Shown: positions 11,423 through 24,181 of the stretch, piece by piece | How positions within the stretch are numbered: position 1 is the stretch's first letter | How the letters are laid out: every line of letters begins with the position of its first letter | Assembly (NCBI GenBank): GCA_032718475.1 | Contig: JAUCBJ010007673.1 | Span: 5,156-69,155, forward strand | Length of the DNA stretch: 64,000 bases | Reading direction: 5' to 3' | From: Nemertoderma westbladi | Taxonomy: Eukaryota; Animalia; Xenacoelomorpha | Notes under the pieces: model-generated | The model's database searches: none | What the model saw: only the letters and a program-made list of their open reading frames with translations | What the model was told of the DNA's origin: nothing | Made by a program: the position numbers and the translations under genes

Positions 11423-12755
11423 ATGACGGAGTTGATAGAAGATGATCTTGGTATCAGGGAGCGATATACTCTAACTTTACAAGCATTTGTGGATAGCTTG
11501 ATACGCGGTGAAACCGATCCAACCATTACGGAGGACGATGGTCGTCATATCGAACCGCCGATGTCCCAAGAGCAACTTACGCGTGAATTGGACTATCGAA
11601 AATTCACCGCTCGCTATACGCATCGTAATAATACGTATATGGACCTCCTAACTACCGGCCATCCTATCGATTTACATGATACGGACGATGTAGACACCGA
11701 AAGGGAAATGGTTCTATTTAAATATCATACCCAGCGACAACGATTACATCCTAGAATGGTATCAAGGTCCACAGTGTCTCACTGCGTACAATTATCGCCA
11801 TGCCAACTATGTTTCTCGGCAACGTTGTCGGTTATGCGCATCGAGAGACCATGTTACGCCCATGGACACAAACGTCCGCTGTTCCTATTTCCACGAACAA
11901 CCGGTGATGGAAATTTATTGCGCGTATTGCAGACTCAATAACTTGCACATTTTTGCGGTTTGCCCTCAATTTATGACTCAATGTCACCATTGTCAACTAA
12001 AGGGACACGCCAGTTTCGATTGCCCTTTTAATCACGATTTGGAAAGCGTAGATGAAATGATCACACTACGTTACATCAGAGCTTGGGAAGCGAACGCTGA
12101 TTTACATTGTGATTCGCGCCATCGTTATTATCCTGGACGCGCTTACGAAGGAATTTATGCGTTCCATCCTTATCTATTCGCTTCTGTCGAACAGAAATCA
12201 CGCATATCGAGTTACGAACTACTGAAGCGCGTCGGAGAATGTATTTCAACCAAGTTCGTACGCAAATTTCTCAGGAGTGTTAATCCTAGCGACCTTCATT
12301 CCTATAACTTAATCAATTATATCCGTTAGGATCCGGACTATGGAGACTTATTTGTTAACTCACACCCCGAGTTACAGGAAGTGTATCGACGACCTTACGA
12401 ATACCGAGCCCGCGAACGCGAGTTGGAAAGAACCATTAAACCCAGGAGGTTTCTAACTGCCTATGGTCCACCCACGGCCCTCGTTCAGACCACTCGTAAA
12501 GGACCCGTAAGAGCGGCTGTCTTGAAACGAGCTCTCAAAGCCGTTAGACCCCTCTCCCCTGACGTTGATGTCAATCAACCCGGTACTTCGACTGGCGGAT
12601 ACACCGACCATAATCCTACACCCTCTGATGCAATCATATTGCACCCTTCACCCAGGAGTTATAGCCCTCCTTGTAAAGTGGCTCGCCCCAAAGAGAAAAG
12701 GACTCTGGCTAGCTTTAAAAGACTGCGTAAACGCCGTCCGCGCAAGAAAGACTAA
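11423..12755 (+). pseudogene. E1 extra ORF (ORF3) remnant; exonuclease portion deleted, zinc-knuckle and basic tail kept
   Basis: Pieces 11423-11941, 11862-12329 and 12381-12755 match the N- and C-terminal parts of E3 ORF3. Deletion junction at the CAGCG microhomology (11732-11736). Confidence 0.85.
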
Positions 12756-12825
12756 CTGTTTAGAGTATTTACGTATATTAGAAACTGTGATTTTGTATAT
12801 TTTATAGACTCAAATCCCATTTTCT

Positions 12826-12833
12826 GGGAGCGG
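12826..12833 (+). promoter_or_regulatory. E1 polypurine-tract equivalent gggagcgg
   Basis: Directly precedes the 3' LTR. GGAGCGG occupies the same position in E2 (33199-33205) and E3 (43484-43491, minus). Confidence 0.75.
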
Positions 12834-14097
12834 TGTAAAAGCTTCTGTGGGATATAACTGGCCCCTTTGCTTCGCAATCCAGTTTCCCCCCAGGCGCTGG
12901 AATACTCTAAAAAGGTTCTCTAACTGTATATATATATTCCCCTCGCCCGCAAGGTACCGTTATAGGTGTTTTAACGGACATAAAAGTCATTCTGCTATAT
13001 ACGTGTTTTGGCGGACATGGTAAGGCAAAAAACCTGCAATGCACCAAATACCTTTCACAGCTTAGCCGTGATGATTCATATTACGACATCTAACAGCTGG
13101 TTGCTGACATGGAAACAGCCATTGGACGCATGGTTCTTTGTTTGGCTTGAGCCAATCAGAGCGATTTTTCCTGTCGACGTGTAGCTTTTCGGCCGATCAT
13201 AAGGAGAGTGTTCAGTCTTACTGTTTTTACTTGATACTTTGTGTTATTGCTATCTAGGCCAGGAACAACGGCTCTAGAGTCAATTCGTTTTCATACTTTA
13301 GAAGAAACATTAGTAGGCTTAAATTATAGAGCGTATGACTGTTATCGATTCATATCAATGCATAACAATACTTTGTTCACATCTTGTCATATCATATCTT
13401 AACTTACCGTCTTAATGCTGTTTACTGTTGTGTTTTGGTTGAATATTATTTGGAGAACATATATAAAGAACCCAAATTTCCCAATTTTCTTGATACACTA
13501 CAGGTTAGAGAGGCGGGTTATATATAGCGATTGCGACTTATATTGTTGTGGTTTGTAGTGAATTTAATGCTATTTGATAAGCACTACATTGGTCCGTTGC
13601 TGTTCTCTTTATATATGATAAAATTCATTGACGGTCGGCAAATTAGTGTGCAGTATTGTGTGTTACCGGTAGTGTGCATGATTGTGACTGATAACTAAGC
13701 ATTTCCTAAAGAATGCGCCTCATACGTGAATCTTAAGCCTTACCGACTTACCGTTGTGATTAGTATAAGTCATATCTCGGTTTACTTAGATAGAGCGCCA
13801 CGTCCTAAAGGAACTGTTAATATTTCCCGAAAGTAAATAATATTAGTCAGAAATTAATTATTAACGATCAATCGAATAATACAATACAGTAAGCTTCACT
13901 GCAATAATAATTTAAGCCCTCAGAATCCAGTCTCCCGGGATTATCCAGCGGGTGAATGGACGCGCACTAGGCTGGCTTCTGCTAATGTTGTGTTTATTGG
14001 TAATAAATATTTGTCATCTTCTAAAGTATATTTATAAACCAAAAGACATATAAATTTTGGCGGGTTAAACTGCTAAAGGTCTTCAAAAGCGCGTACA
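12834..14097 (+). repeat. E1 3' LTR (1264 bp)
   Basis: Copy of 2107-3368 followed by the TSD tatga. Confidence 0.95.
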
Positions 14098-14898
14098 TAT
14101 GAGGTATATTGATAAAATTATTTGCGACCTAGAGCGCTGCGTACAAGTAATGTTATATGAAATATAGTTATTTTTAATCCATTTAGGGTCTATTCTCTAT
14201 TCTATGTTATCCTAATGACCTGAGTAAATGTAACATACTTAGTGAAAGCGTCCCGATGTTAAATACAGTATTTTTAGAACTAAACCTTGATTCTTTTTAT
14301 AAATGCTATAAACTCGGACAGTTGAAAACTGTTGTTCACCCAGGCACGGAGCGAGTGGCTGGGTGAACAACCAAACATTTATATTCGGAGCGCTTCCCCC
14401 CCCCCCCCCCCCCCCCCCCCTCGAAAAATTGCGGGGGGAGGGGGGGGGGGGGGTATTAGTGACAACAACAAACATCTTTGTTTTATAACTTGCGATATTC
14501 AAAAGTTATATTCGATTATCGTATATAATAATTAATAATTCGAATTAAGCGATAATAAATTAATACATCTCCTTATACTGAGATTTACTTCGAGACTGTT
14601 CCCAATTCTCTCTCTCATCTTCATATTTTTTTCAAGTCAAAACTTAAATATTATCGTACGTGTAAAAATAGCGTCTCTTCCCTCCTCGTATCTTCTCTTC
14701 GATTTGTCACCCGCTCTCTTTATCATCTTATTTACTCTTCTCTTCTATGCGTTTCTTTTCTTATCTCTTCTCTACTATTGTTATTTCTCTCATCTTCTAA
14801 AACTTCTAAAATTTTTAGTATGTGGGGCGAGCCACGAAGTTGGCGGAGCCTTAGCGAATTGACACTGTTAGGGGGTGGGTCAATTTATGCAAATAGTT

Positions 14899-14930
<32 letters not shown>

Positions 14931-15320
14931 CGTCGTCGTCGTCGTTACGATTTTGACATGCTAATAACTTTGTCGGATTTAAAGCTGCCAAGTTGAAAAT
15001 TTGTAGGTATCAATATGAGCAAAAGTTGAGATTTTTGAGAGACTTTCAGACACCATCAGTGCAATGGTCTCCCGCTAGAGGGCCACATGTCTAAACATTA
15101 AATGCCCTCCCATTTCTTTGCTTTTAATCCGTTTAAGCTGAAACTTGGCAGATATGTATTAGACCATTAGCTGTGACTTTCAAAGGAGGCGAATCCATCT
15201 GCAGTTCTCCAGTCTGCCGCTAGAGGGCCAAAGGTCTGAAAGTGAAATCGTTGTCGTCGTTACGATTTTGACATGCTAATAACTTTGTCGGATTTAAAGC
15301 TGCCAAGTTGAAAATTTGTA

Positions 15321-17246
15321 TATAGAATTATATTCCCTAAATGCCGTGGATTTTCAAAATTTTATTTTATTCGAATTAACTTTGTAAAGATTGCTTTGAG
15401 TTCTCATTAGTATTGGTTCTATCTATTGTGTATCTATCGGTCAAGTGGTTCAGTAGCTCAGTTGGTAGAGCGTTGGAAATTATATGTGTAGTAGGTATCG
15501 AGTTCGAATCCTAATAAGTGCGAATTATTTTTTGTGCAGAATTTCAACTCATTTAAATTAACCGCTACAAATTAATTGCATTTGTCTGTACCAATGAGAC
15601 CGTAGTTATTTGATTGTAACCAATGTTGTGTAAGTTATATATTAGCTGGACCAATAAGCTATCTTTAAAACCTTGTTAGAACCTATAGAACAATCGAGAA
15701 TTTTCTCGATTGATTGCGGCACAAATTTGGTATAAAAAGGTGCGATTTCGTTCATTAATAAAATCTACTTTAGTTCACTTACTACTACTTTAGTATACAT
15801 TATCTTATCAATATTCTGTCGTGCTTAGTTTATTCTCAGATTACATTGTATTATAATTGTATCTTCTGTAATAAAGTCAGAATATTCTCTCAGCTTTTCT
15901 GTTTTACTATGGTTTCACTACGGTGAACAAACTCGGGGACAGGATGGCCAGCTAGAGATCGGGCCGCAGCAATGAACGGGAACATCACGGGAATGTAGAC
16001 GAGAGACAACCCGCAATACCATTTAGAGTTATTCGCCCATCGCCTGAAAGGTTAGACAGCGTTCGATCCTTGCTACCTAAGTGTAAGACCAAAAGATCAA
16101 AGGTAGACGTAGTGACACGCTGTAAGCCTAAAATTACATCATAGGGACTGTACTGTCTTGATTCAGGAAAAAACCGCAGTAGACCTTCATATTCCTACGG
16201 GAGGAGAGAGAGCAGATACTAGTACGCAGATAGGACGTAGGCACACCGGTACAAGGCATACACATTGGTTAGGGTGCAGCAAACTGTACGCTTAACTCTT
16301 GCTAAGTACAGGTGTGTGTGCGACTATTTGCAGTACGACCGTGTCTATTACATCAGAACTTGTAGGCTAGGGGGTTGCTGTGTTTTCACCTGAATTGGGA
16401 TTGTACCGTTCAGGCGGTAGGGCAGTTTACGCTAGGCGCAAATAAATTGAGGCTATCAGGGATATACTAACATCTACCGTGTCCCCGCCAACGCCCTAAT
16501 AGGAAGTTACCCGGACTACCTGGGTGACTAAAATTCTGGATAGGAGCCAGGATAGCTATTAGTACCCGTACGCCTACAGTAGTAAACTAACACATCTCTT
16601 CTTAGTATCAGGGACCTGGTACCTAAAATTGCCGAATTCTGGGCGTAGTATTAACCTTATGCCTGAATTTGAGTCCTGGAAATACGCAAGAGGGGAAGGA
16701 ACCTTATCATTCGTGAGTATTAGACCTACAAGTTATAAAATTAGAATATTCGTAAAATGCACACCGTACCCAGTAATTATATATGTGAAGGAGCAAAACT
16801 GCTTTGACCGTTCAGAATTAACACGCGCGCGTTAGAAATTATTTACACCTCAAAATATATAAAATTAACTTTCGTCCTTACTGCACTTTGCTCGCTAGTT
16901 AGACATCTCCAAATATCTGCCTCTGTACCTAGCTAGCGTCTCTTTGCCCAACCATATAAATCACACCGCGGCAAAGTATACGAGCCCCTTAGTCCGTCAG
17001 TGAGTCAGCCTGATTTTAGGATTCGCTGCGCGGGATTTTGTTTTATCGAAGTTTGTCTGCTCGTAGACTGTTTTCTGCCTCACCGGTTAAAAGAGATCGA
17101 TACTGCAATATATTCGCTTACTTAGGGTTTACTGTTTTGGTGAGAAGGTCGGATTTATGATTTGATTTACAAACTTTACAGTAGGATATTGCAGGTATTG
17201 TTACCGTCTCTTCCGATAGTAGGAATAGGCGTATCTCTCCAATTTA
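15321..17246 (+). repeat. E2 5' LTR (1926 bp, TA...TA termini)
   Basis: tatagaattatattccc...ctctccaattta. TATA box ggtataaaaagg near 15730 and AATAAA near 15757 and 15870. Confidence 0.93.
15447..15520 (+). other. tRNA-derived Pol III A/B-box segment inside the E2 LTR (also 33332-33405)
   Basis: ggttcagTAGCTCAGTTGGtagagcg ... gaGTTCGAATCC followed by a T-run. The anticodon and acceptor arms do not pair well. Confidence 0.7.
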
Positions 17247-17257
17247 GTAGGAATATG
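17247..17257 (+). promoter_or_regulatory. E2 non-tRNA primer-binding site, complementary to its own LTR
   Basis: gtaggaatatg is the reverse complement of catattcctac at 16188-16198. Followed by the hairpin ttttactgaac-TACG-gttcggtagga (17258-17283). Confidence 0.8.
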
Positions 17258-17465
17258 TTTTACTGAACTACGGTTCGGTAGGACTAAAGTTATTTGAAAA
17301 TTCTGTATTTTGAGGTAAAAATTTGTATTTGATTAGCTAAGTGCTAATTTTTTGAAATAAAATTTGATTTGAACCGCGTGTAAAATATTTTTGGAATTGA
17401 ATACCGGTGTTTAAAAAAGGGTTTAAATACCATATTGTACCGGTACAAAATTTTCGTAAAGTAAA

Positions 17466-17488
17466 ACCTAACTCTTTTGTTTTTTCAG
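17466..17488 (+). promoter_or_regulatory. Putative splice acceptor in the E2 leader
   Basis: Branch-like ctaac, polypyrimidine tract tcttttgttttttcag|G. Confidence 0.55.
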
Positions 17489-18056
17489 GATTCAGAACTC
17501 ATTTCTAGGCTGTAACGGGAGCAAGACCGTGTTTAGCAAGTTTGGGAGATAGATAACTCAACAACTTTGGTTGGGAAAATCGCGTTTCGTCCGCAACGTT
17601 AAAAACGGAAAGGTTCACGTCCGGTTTGTATCTGGGAATCTGTTTTTCTGGAGAATTATTGGAGTGGGTGAGTTTGAAAAGTTGCATAAATAAGTTAGGC
17701 ATTACCGTATTAGTTAAAATTATTGTGGGTTCCACTGTCTCAAGTATTTATGCATTCCGTACGATTTCTTTGTTCATTGCTGAATTAGTCCGTATTATTG
17801 TATTTAATTTACCTTTTGATAACGCATATCGTTATCCGATTTATTTGTTGTAAAATTGGCCGCTAGGCTAATTTTATTATATACTTATTCCGTGACATTT
17901 ATTTGCTGTAAAATTGGCCGTTTAGGCTAATTTTATCCATCTGCTATAAAATCGGCCGGTAGGCTAATTTTATATGACTGTAATTAGTACCGTTTTATAC
18001 AAATACGGTAAACTCGATACTTTGACACTCACTTCACTTGACTTACAACTACCGAA

Positions 18057-21000
18057 ATGAGTGACAAACAAGACTATACGAAGAATACACAAACCGACTA
18101 TGACTCATGTGACGGAGATAAGTCAGCAGCGGAAGAACAACAGGGGAAGACTCGCGAGCCTACCGAACCTACACCGTGTGCGTCACCAGTACATCCAACG
18201 GGAGTACCGGATGCCGTAGTACGAGGCGACGGCAGGACCGAGGACTTTCTAACTGTTCCGCAACCTAGATATAGGGAAACGGAAATGGTAAGTTCAGCAG
18301 GAAGCACAGAAAGTGTGGTTAGAAGCGTCGGTGGATACATGGCGCATATAACCAGGAGTATTGGAGAAGGCCAACGCATATTAGATGGGTTGACCGCTCC
18401 GATGTCTCGATTCGAGTTCTACACCCTCCAGGTTAGAGTACAGAGTAAAGTATATAAGTCCGTAGATAATCTAGTTGGCCTACAAGATCTAGCTAGACAG
18501 AGACAGGACATGGATACTCAACTTAGAATCCTCGAGAAACTAATGATCACTAGAGAGAAACTAATTCAGTTTAAGTCGACGATTAGACAGATACAACAGG
18601 AACAAGCGGACCAGTTGTTAGGTGAGTCAGTTTCGGACGAATTATTACAACCCGAGGAAGAACAGGAACTGTACCGACTGGATGGACAATTGGAACACCT
18701 GACGGACCACTTACGCATGTGCGGCGAAGACGTCGGCGATTTGGAAACCGTGCCGGAATACACGAGGGAAACTTCATTTGCACAAATCGAATCGGCACCG
18801 GGAATACTAAATCAATCATTGGTAAGTATTCGTAGCGAAATATGCGAAGGAAGTATAGTCACGTCAGAAGTTGCTCGACAACAGCAGCAGTTCTACAGAC
18901 AGCAACACGAGATGGAAGAACAAACTCAACTGCTAATGATACAAACAGCAGTAGAGGAAGAGAAAATACGTGTTGCGAATGTAGCGAGAATCTCTCATCT
19001 GCAGGAACAAGCCGAACTCGAAGCGGCCGAAATGGAAAGGTTAGAGTTGGACATTGCCCAACAAGCGGCAGCGACCGAGTTAGCGCAACGAACGGCAACA
19101 GCCGAGTTAGAGCGACAAACGGCAGCGGCAGCGGCAGAGTTAGAGCGACAAACGGCTGCGGCAGAGTTAGAGCGACAAACGGCTGCGGCAGAGTTAGAGC
19201 GACAAAGATTAGTTTCGGAAGCCAGAGTCGAGATGAAGACACGGCAAATAAAAGCCCAACAAGCGATACGACAAGCAGAGTTCGAGGCGCAACAACAACA
19301 AACGGAACAACGAGAAAAGGAAGTTAAACTTCGTTTCGAACTTGAAAAAAGGGCGAGAGAATTAGCCGAAACCAAGGAAAATCTGGATCTTCTAGCCCGC
19401 GACCGATCGATGAGATCTCGTGACGGACATGATTTGGACCAGTTAGAGGTAAGACATCGCCAAATTCAGGAACGGAAGAAGGAAGGAAGCGTAGGAGCAC
19501 CCAGACGGGAACGACAATTAATAAAAGACGTGTGTCAACGATTCCCACAGGTAACTCATATGTTTGCACCGGTTACGACTAAGGAACCTGTTTCGATTGC
19601 GGGTAGTAGTGATATTTCTCCTATCCATGGTGCGACGGAACACAGGTTTGTTATTCCGGACGAGTTTATACCGCCAAGAGCAGCGTCGTCGCCTATTCCG
19701 AGAGTCAAGGTAAGTAACCCACCGATTACAGATCGTAGTAGTTTATTGACCGGACCTGCGCTACTGACGACAAAACAGGTGAGTCCACCTTTGACACCTA
19801 AACCCGTTACACATTACGCTTACCCAATGACGTTTCGACCTACAAGGCCAGCGGTTTCAAATGCTGTCATCCGACCACCGGTCCAGTTTACATCGCAATC
19901 TACGACTTCGAGGAAGACTTGTGAGCCTACCGAACAACGGAGAACAGTGGATACGCGACCGTTTAACCAGTTCACATCGCAATCTACGACTTCGAGGAAG
20001 ACTTGTGAGCCTACCGAACAACGGAGAACAGTGGATACGCGACCGTTTAACCAGTTCACATCGCAATCTACGACTTCGAGGAAGACTTGTGAGCCTACCG
20101 AACAACGGAGATCAGTGGACGATGTTCCGAAACGAGCCGTTAGAATTCGAACGACGCAACGGACGCGAGCACGTCGACCACCATATCCAGATGATAGTAG
20201 TACTTCGAGCGAATCGGATTACCCGAAACGCGAGGTATTTAGAACAGGGGCGGCCGATGAATATAAACGCGAGCGTTCAGACAACTCCTTTGCAGACAAT
20301 CCTCCACAGAATACACCAACACAGAAGGCGTTACAACCAACGGACGCAATTAGTACACAACAGTTCGCCGACATTCTGCGACCAGTTGTCAACAAGTTGG
20401 CTCAGATCGAGGAGCGTCTGGAGGAAGTTCAAACCGATAGTTCGAGGAACACCGAATTCGAACACAATAGACACCCGAAGGCACCACAAAGACCGGTACC
20501 TTCAAACCCCACATCGTATCAGGGAAAAGCGCCCAGAAGGGAGAACATCAACCAGGTTACCAACCAAGGACGCGAAACTCTGAACGTTGCCGAGGAGATA
20601 GCGAAATTCGCAGCCAGACAAGGATTGCCGGTACAACAACCACCGAAGTTCTCCGGTAGCTCAAAACACTGGCATACCTTCGTAGACTATATCGAATCCC
20701 AGATCGCCGTGTGCGCCTTTACATCACGGGAGAAGTTCAATTACCTGCTCCAAACGTTGTCAGGAGAACCTAAACGTTTGGCGGAGACCTTCGTCGGTGT
20801 ACCGGACGCTTTCGAACTAGCGTACGATCGTTTGACTTCGATATACGGAGGTACAGTGAGTATGGCCAGGTCAGTAATAGAGGAACTCTGTAAGGGAGGG
20901 GCTATCACTAAACCCGTCGACTTACTAAAACTGGCTGACGAGATTAAGAACGCTATCACTACCTTAAGATCAATTGGACAACTTGATTACGGGAATACCC

Positions 21001-22976
21001 CTACAGTTCTATTAAAGATAATAGGACGACTCCACCATCGACTTCGTCGGGAGTGGAGGAAGGTCGAATACCAGCGAGAGGAGCGGGGAGGATTCTTAAA
21101 ATTAGAAGATGTGTACCTTTTAATATCCAGGGAGGCGGTAGTAGAAACTCGATCTAACTATACCGACCAGCACATCGTGGCAGAAGGGATCACACTGCCA
21201 TCCTCCAACCGACAAAAACCCCAGACAACATCCACAAAGACGGCCACTTACGCCACACCGACGGAATCACGACAATTCTCAGACGGTAATAGAGTATCTG
21301 CGCCCATTGGGACGAAACAGACGAGACAGCAACTCAGCGCCGACTTCAACGGCTGCCAATACTGCGAACATCTAGGTAAGCGGTATATTGGTCACAAGTT
21401 ACGAGGTTGTCGACAATTTCGCGAGTTGAACTCGGAAGAACGACGGCTGCAGATACGGCCACTGGACTCTTGTTGGCGGTGTACGCGACACGGACACGTC
21501 CGTAAGGATTGCCCAAATACCGACACTTGTCCATCCTGTGGACGCAACCACGACGGTCTGCTCCTCACAGACAGCCACACGCCGACGAAACGCTTCGCCA
21601 GGGAACACCCGGAAGCAGCAGCGAGATGTGATGCAGCCTACCGAAAACGAGAATCGAAAACGACTCCAACTTTCGTGACCCATATTGAGGATTGCTTCTC
21701 AGAACAATCCGGATCGTCGGACGAAGAATCAGAAAACGACGACGAATATTCTAATGGAAACGAACAACCGTCAATCGCGCTCCTGACCACTGACCAACTG
21801 AAGGGATTCAGTGTAATCCCGATTAAGGTTACTGGCACAAAGGGGAGTAAGAGGATTTACGCGATTCTAGATTCAGCCTCATCTCACAGTTACGTGGATG
21901 AAAAGATAGCTGACGTCGTAACGGATCTCAGACAAGGTAAACACGTCAGTTATACAGTAAGTAGTATGCATGGCCAGCGTGCAATACCAGTGACACGAGT
22001 TAAGTTGGACTTAGACTCTCTTCTTCCAAAATCGCAACACAGCGAGAGGGAGAGATCTTTGTTACCCTTTAGAGATCTAACCTTTGCGGCCACGAAGGAC
22101 TTTAGTAACCTACTAGGTCCAGTGCCGGAACAATCTCTGGAGGACCGTAAGTATTTCAGACACCTTGGTGTACCCGAATGTCCTGTCAATTATAGATCGG
22201 TAGCAATGCTGATCGGGACGGACCAATTCAACCTACATCAGGTGTGGGAAACCAGACCGTCGGCAGTTGTAGCAGGAAACGCATACGCCTGCAGAACGCC
22301 GATAGGGTGGTATACTCGAGCGCCTGTGCGCACACTAGACGTAAGTGACGAGGAAGACGATGTACAGAGTACATGTAGTTTATTAACTACAAATTCAATT
22401 CATTCCTTTTCACACGACATGGACCATACTACACTACAGTCGACAAAACATGACAGACGTGTAACTAGTATGATAAGTCACAAGGAGCAGCTAACCCACA
22501 AGGTGAGTTTAGAACTTGGGGAGAAGACGAATCAGCTAGAGATTCCATCGACGACAGATGATAGGCTTGCGAGTCTACCTACCCCAATAACCTCAACAGT
22601 GCCCGTCGATATCGATGATGACGCGTTGAGAAATCATCAGTTGGAACAAGCCGCCTTGGACAAAGAATTAACGGAGAAGACTATCAGGTGGTTAGAACAA
22701 GATACAGCTGAACCTGGTAGCTACGAACCTTGCATGTCGGAACAGGAGAAACAATCTCTAAAGATCATGGAAGATACTATCCGACAGACGGAGGACGGAC
22801 ATTACGAGGTGGGGATGTTATGGCGTAGCCAAAGTCCTAAACTTATAAATAACTACCCACTGGCTTTAAGACGTCTACACTCAATACGACAACGTCTATT
22901 AAAGGACGAGAAAGCCCATCTGCAGTACAACACTCAGATGGAGACGTATTTGACTGAAGGATACGCTATCCGAATG
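18057..22976 (+). CDS. gag: E2 gag-pol 5' part (Gag, zinc knuckles, aspartic protease, pre-RT region)
   Basis: PKFSGSSKHWHTF Gag core, CWRCTRHGHVRKDC knuckle, protease AILDSASSHSYV, GHYEVGMLW and NNYPLALRRL BEL motifs. Interrupted after GYAIRM by a 1205-bp insertion. Confidence 0.92.
19883..20120 (+). repeat. 84-bp tandem repeat x3 in E2 gag
   Basis: QFTSQSTTSRKTCEPTEQRR repeated. The motif starts at 19912, 19996 and 20080. Confidence 0.95.
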
Positions 22977-24181
22977 ACTAACCCGGAGCGAGTACCTAAA
23001 GAGGTGAGGTCTCTATAGGGGTGCTCGGAAAAGGCGGCGGCGGACTCGTGAGGGTCTGGGGGCACGTTAAATCTGGGTTTATAGTGCTAGGGAGATACTT
23101 AAGGCCCTCGTGTCTAACGAACCATGAATTGCCATGGTGCCGTGGTTCCGTCTAGTCGGCCTGTTGCCGTACTGCCAGTCCTGTACACAGTAGGGGTGGT
23201 GGCATGGCGTGATTTGTGGCTCATGTGGCGTGAACTATGTTTTGTATGTGGGCGATCAGTGGCAGTTTGCTTGGGGCTTGGATGGTTCCATTGACCGTCA
23301 GCTGTTCCGTTTTTTTGATACTATATGTTATTGTCTCCATGTTCAGCTGATTGGTCTTTGGTGGCATTGGAAAAACCGTCGGGTCTTGAGCTTTCTGTTG
23401 CTGTGGGTACGTGAGTACACGTGATTGTATGTGTGGCCACTGCGAGTGGGTATGGGAACCCTTGCCAGTTGGACAAGACGCCGCTGGTATTAGTAGGACC
23501 ATACTCTACTGCACCCCAGCATACTTTGTGCACACAAAGTTATTTTACCCTGTCGGTAAAATAAGGTACTCTCGACTCTTTTCGAGTTTCAGTCGATACA
23601 ATTTTGTCCCTTCCGATTTTGTCTTTCCCGATTTTGACCTCGATTTTGTCTTACCCGATTATGTCCTCTGTGTGTGCATGGTATGTGTCAGATTTTGTGT
23701 TTACCGTAGTGTACTTGATTTCGTGAACATCTGTTGAGTACACGTGTACAGGACGGGTAAGTGGTTACTTGTTCCTAGCTTTCGAGTTAGTCAGTATTGT
23801 TGAGGAACGGTGTCCCCTCAATACTGCCGGCGAGGCAGGTGAAAACGTGTCAATATTCCATGTTGGGTAGCGCAAGCCCGCTTGGGACAAGACCGTCGGT
23901 TAGGCCCAAGGGCGACCTTGGTGCTCGATCGCTATCGACTGGTCCACCTGCCGGTTGACTCTTTGTTATACTTTGAGTTGGCTCAATGTACAGTCAGGCC
24001 ACAGTAAGTTGACAGTAGCCGCTCATCTGGCTACACGTTCGACGAGCTGTGCCGGTGTGATCGGGGGACCGAAAACAGAACCCGGGAAGCATCGGGCCAC
24101 CCTGCGGCCTGGTTTGGTTTGTCACCGGCCCCCAGGGTGGTGGAAAGGTGTCCGCCTCGTGGGTGCGCCTCGGGGAGGAGC
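22977..24181. mobile_element. 1205-bp GC-rich structured insertion of unknown class in E2 pol, no TSD
   Basis: Removing it gives GYAIRM-PEGHKWTDQTYYLPHHYV, which aligns without gaps to E3 GYAERVPEETPITERTYYLTNHYV. Hairpins lie near both ends. Boundaries are uncertain by a few nt. Confidence 0.75.

Larger units (their letters stand above)
2107..14097 (+). mobile_element. BEL/Pao LTR retrotransposon E1, internally deleted (non-autonomous)
   Basis: Near-identical LTRs with TG...CA ends, TSD tatga (2102-2106 and 14098-14102), BEL-type Gag and protease. RT, RNase H and integrase are missing. Confidence 0.95.

Noticed and set aside
14395-14455. C-run/G-run inverted pair as a functional structure
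   Set aside because: Homopolymer runs of this kind recur in local repeats (35040-35090, 36826-36848) and their lengths are unreliable.
15447-15520. Functional tRNA gene or self-encoded tRNA primer
   Set aside because: The acceptor and anticodon stems do not form and it has no complementarity to the PBS.
16629-16835. 68-aa ORF present identically at 35750-35956 (similarly 43146 and 60103)
   Set aside because: The identity comes from LTR duplication, and there are no recognisable protein motifs.
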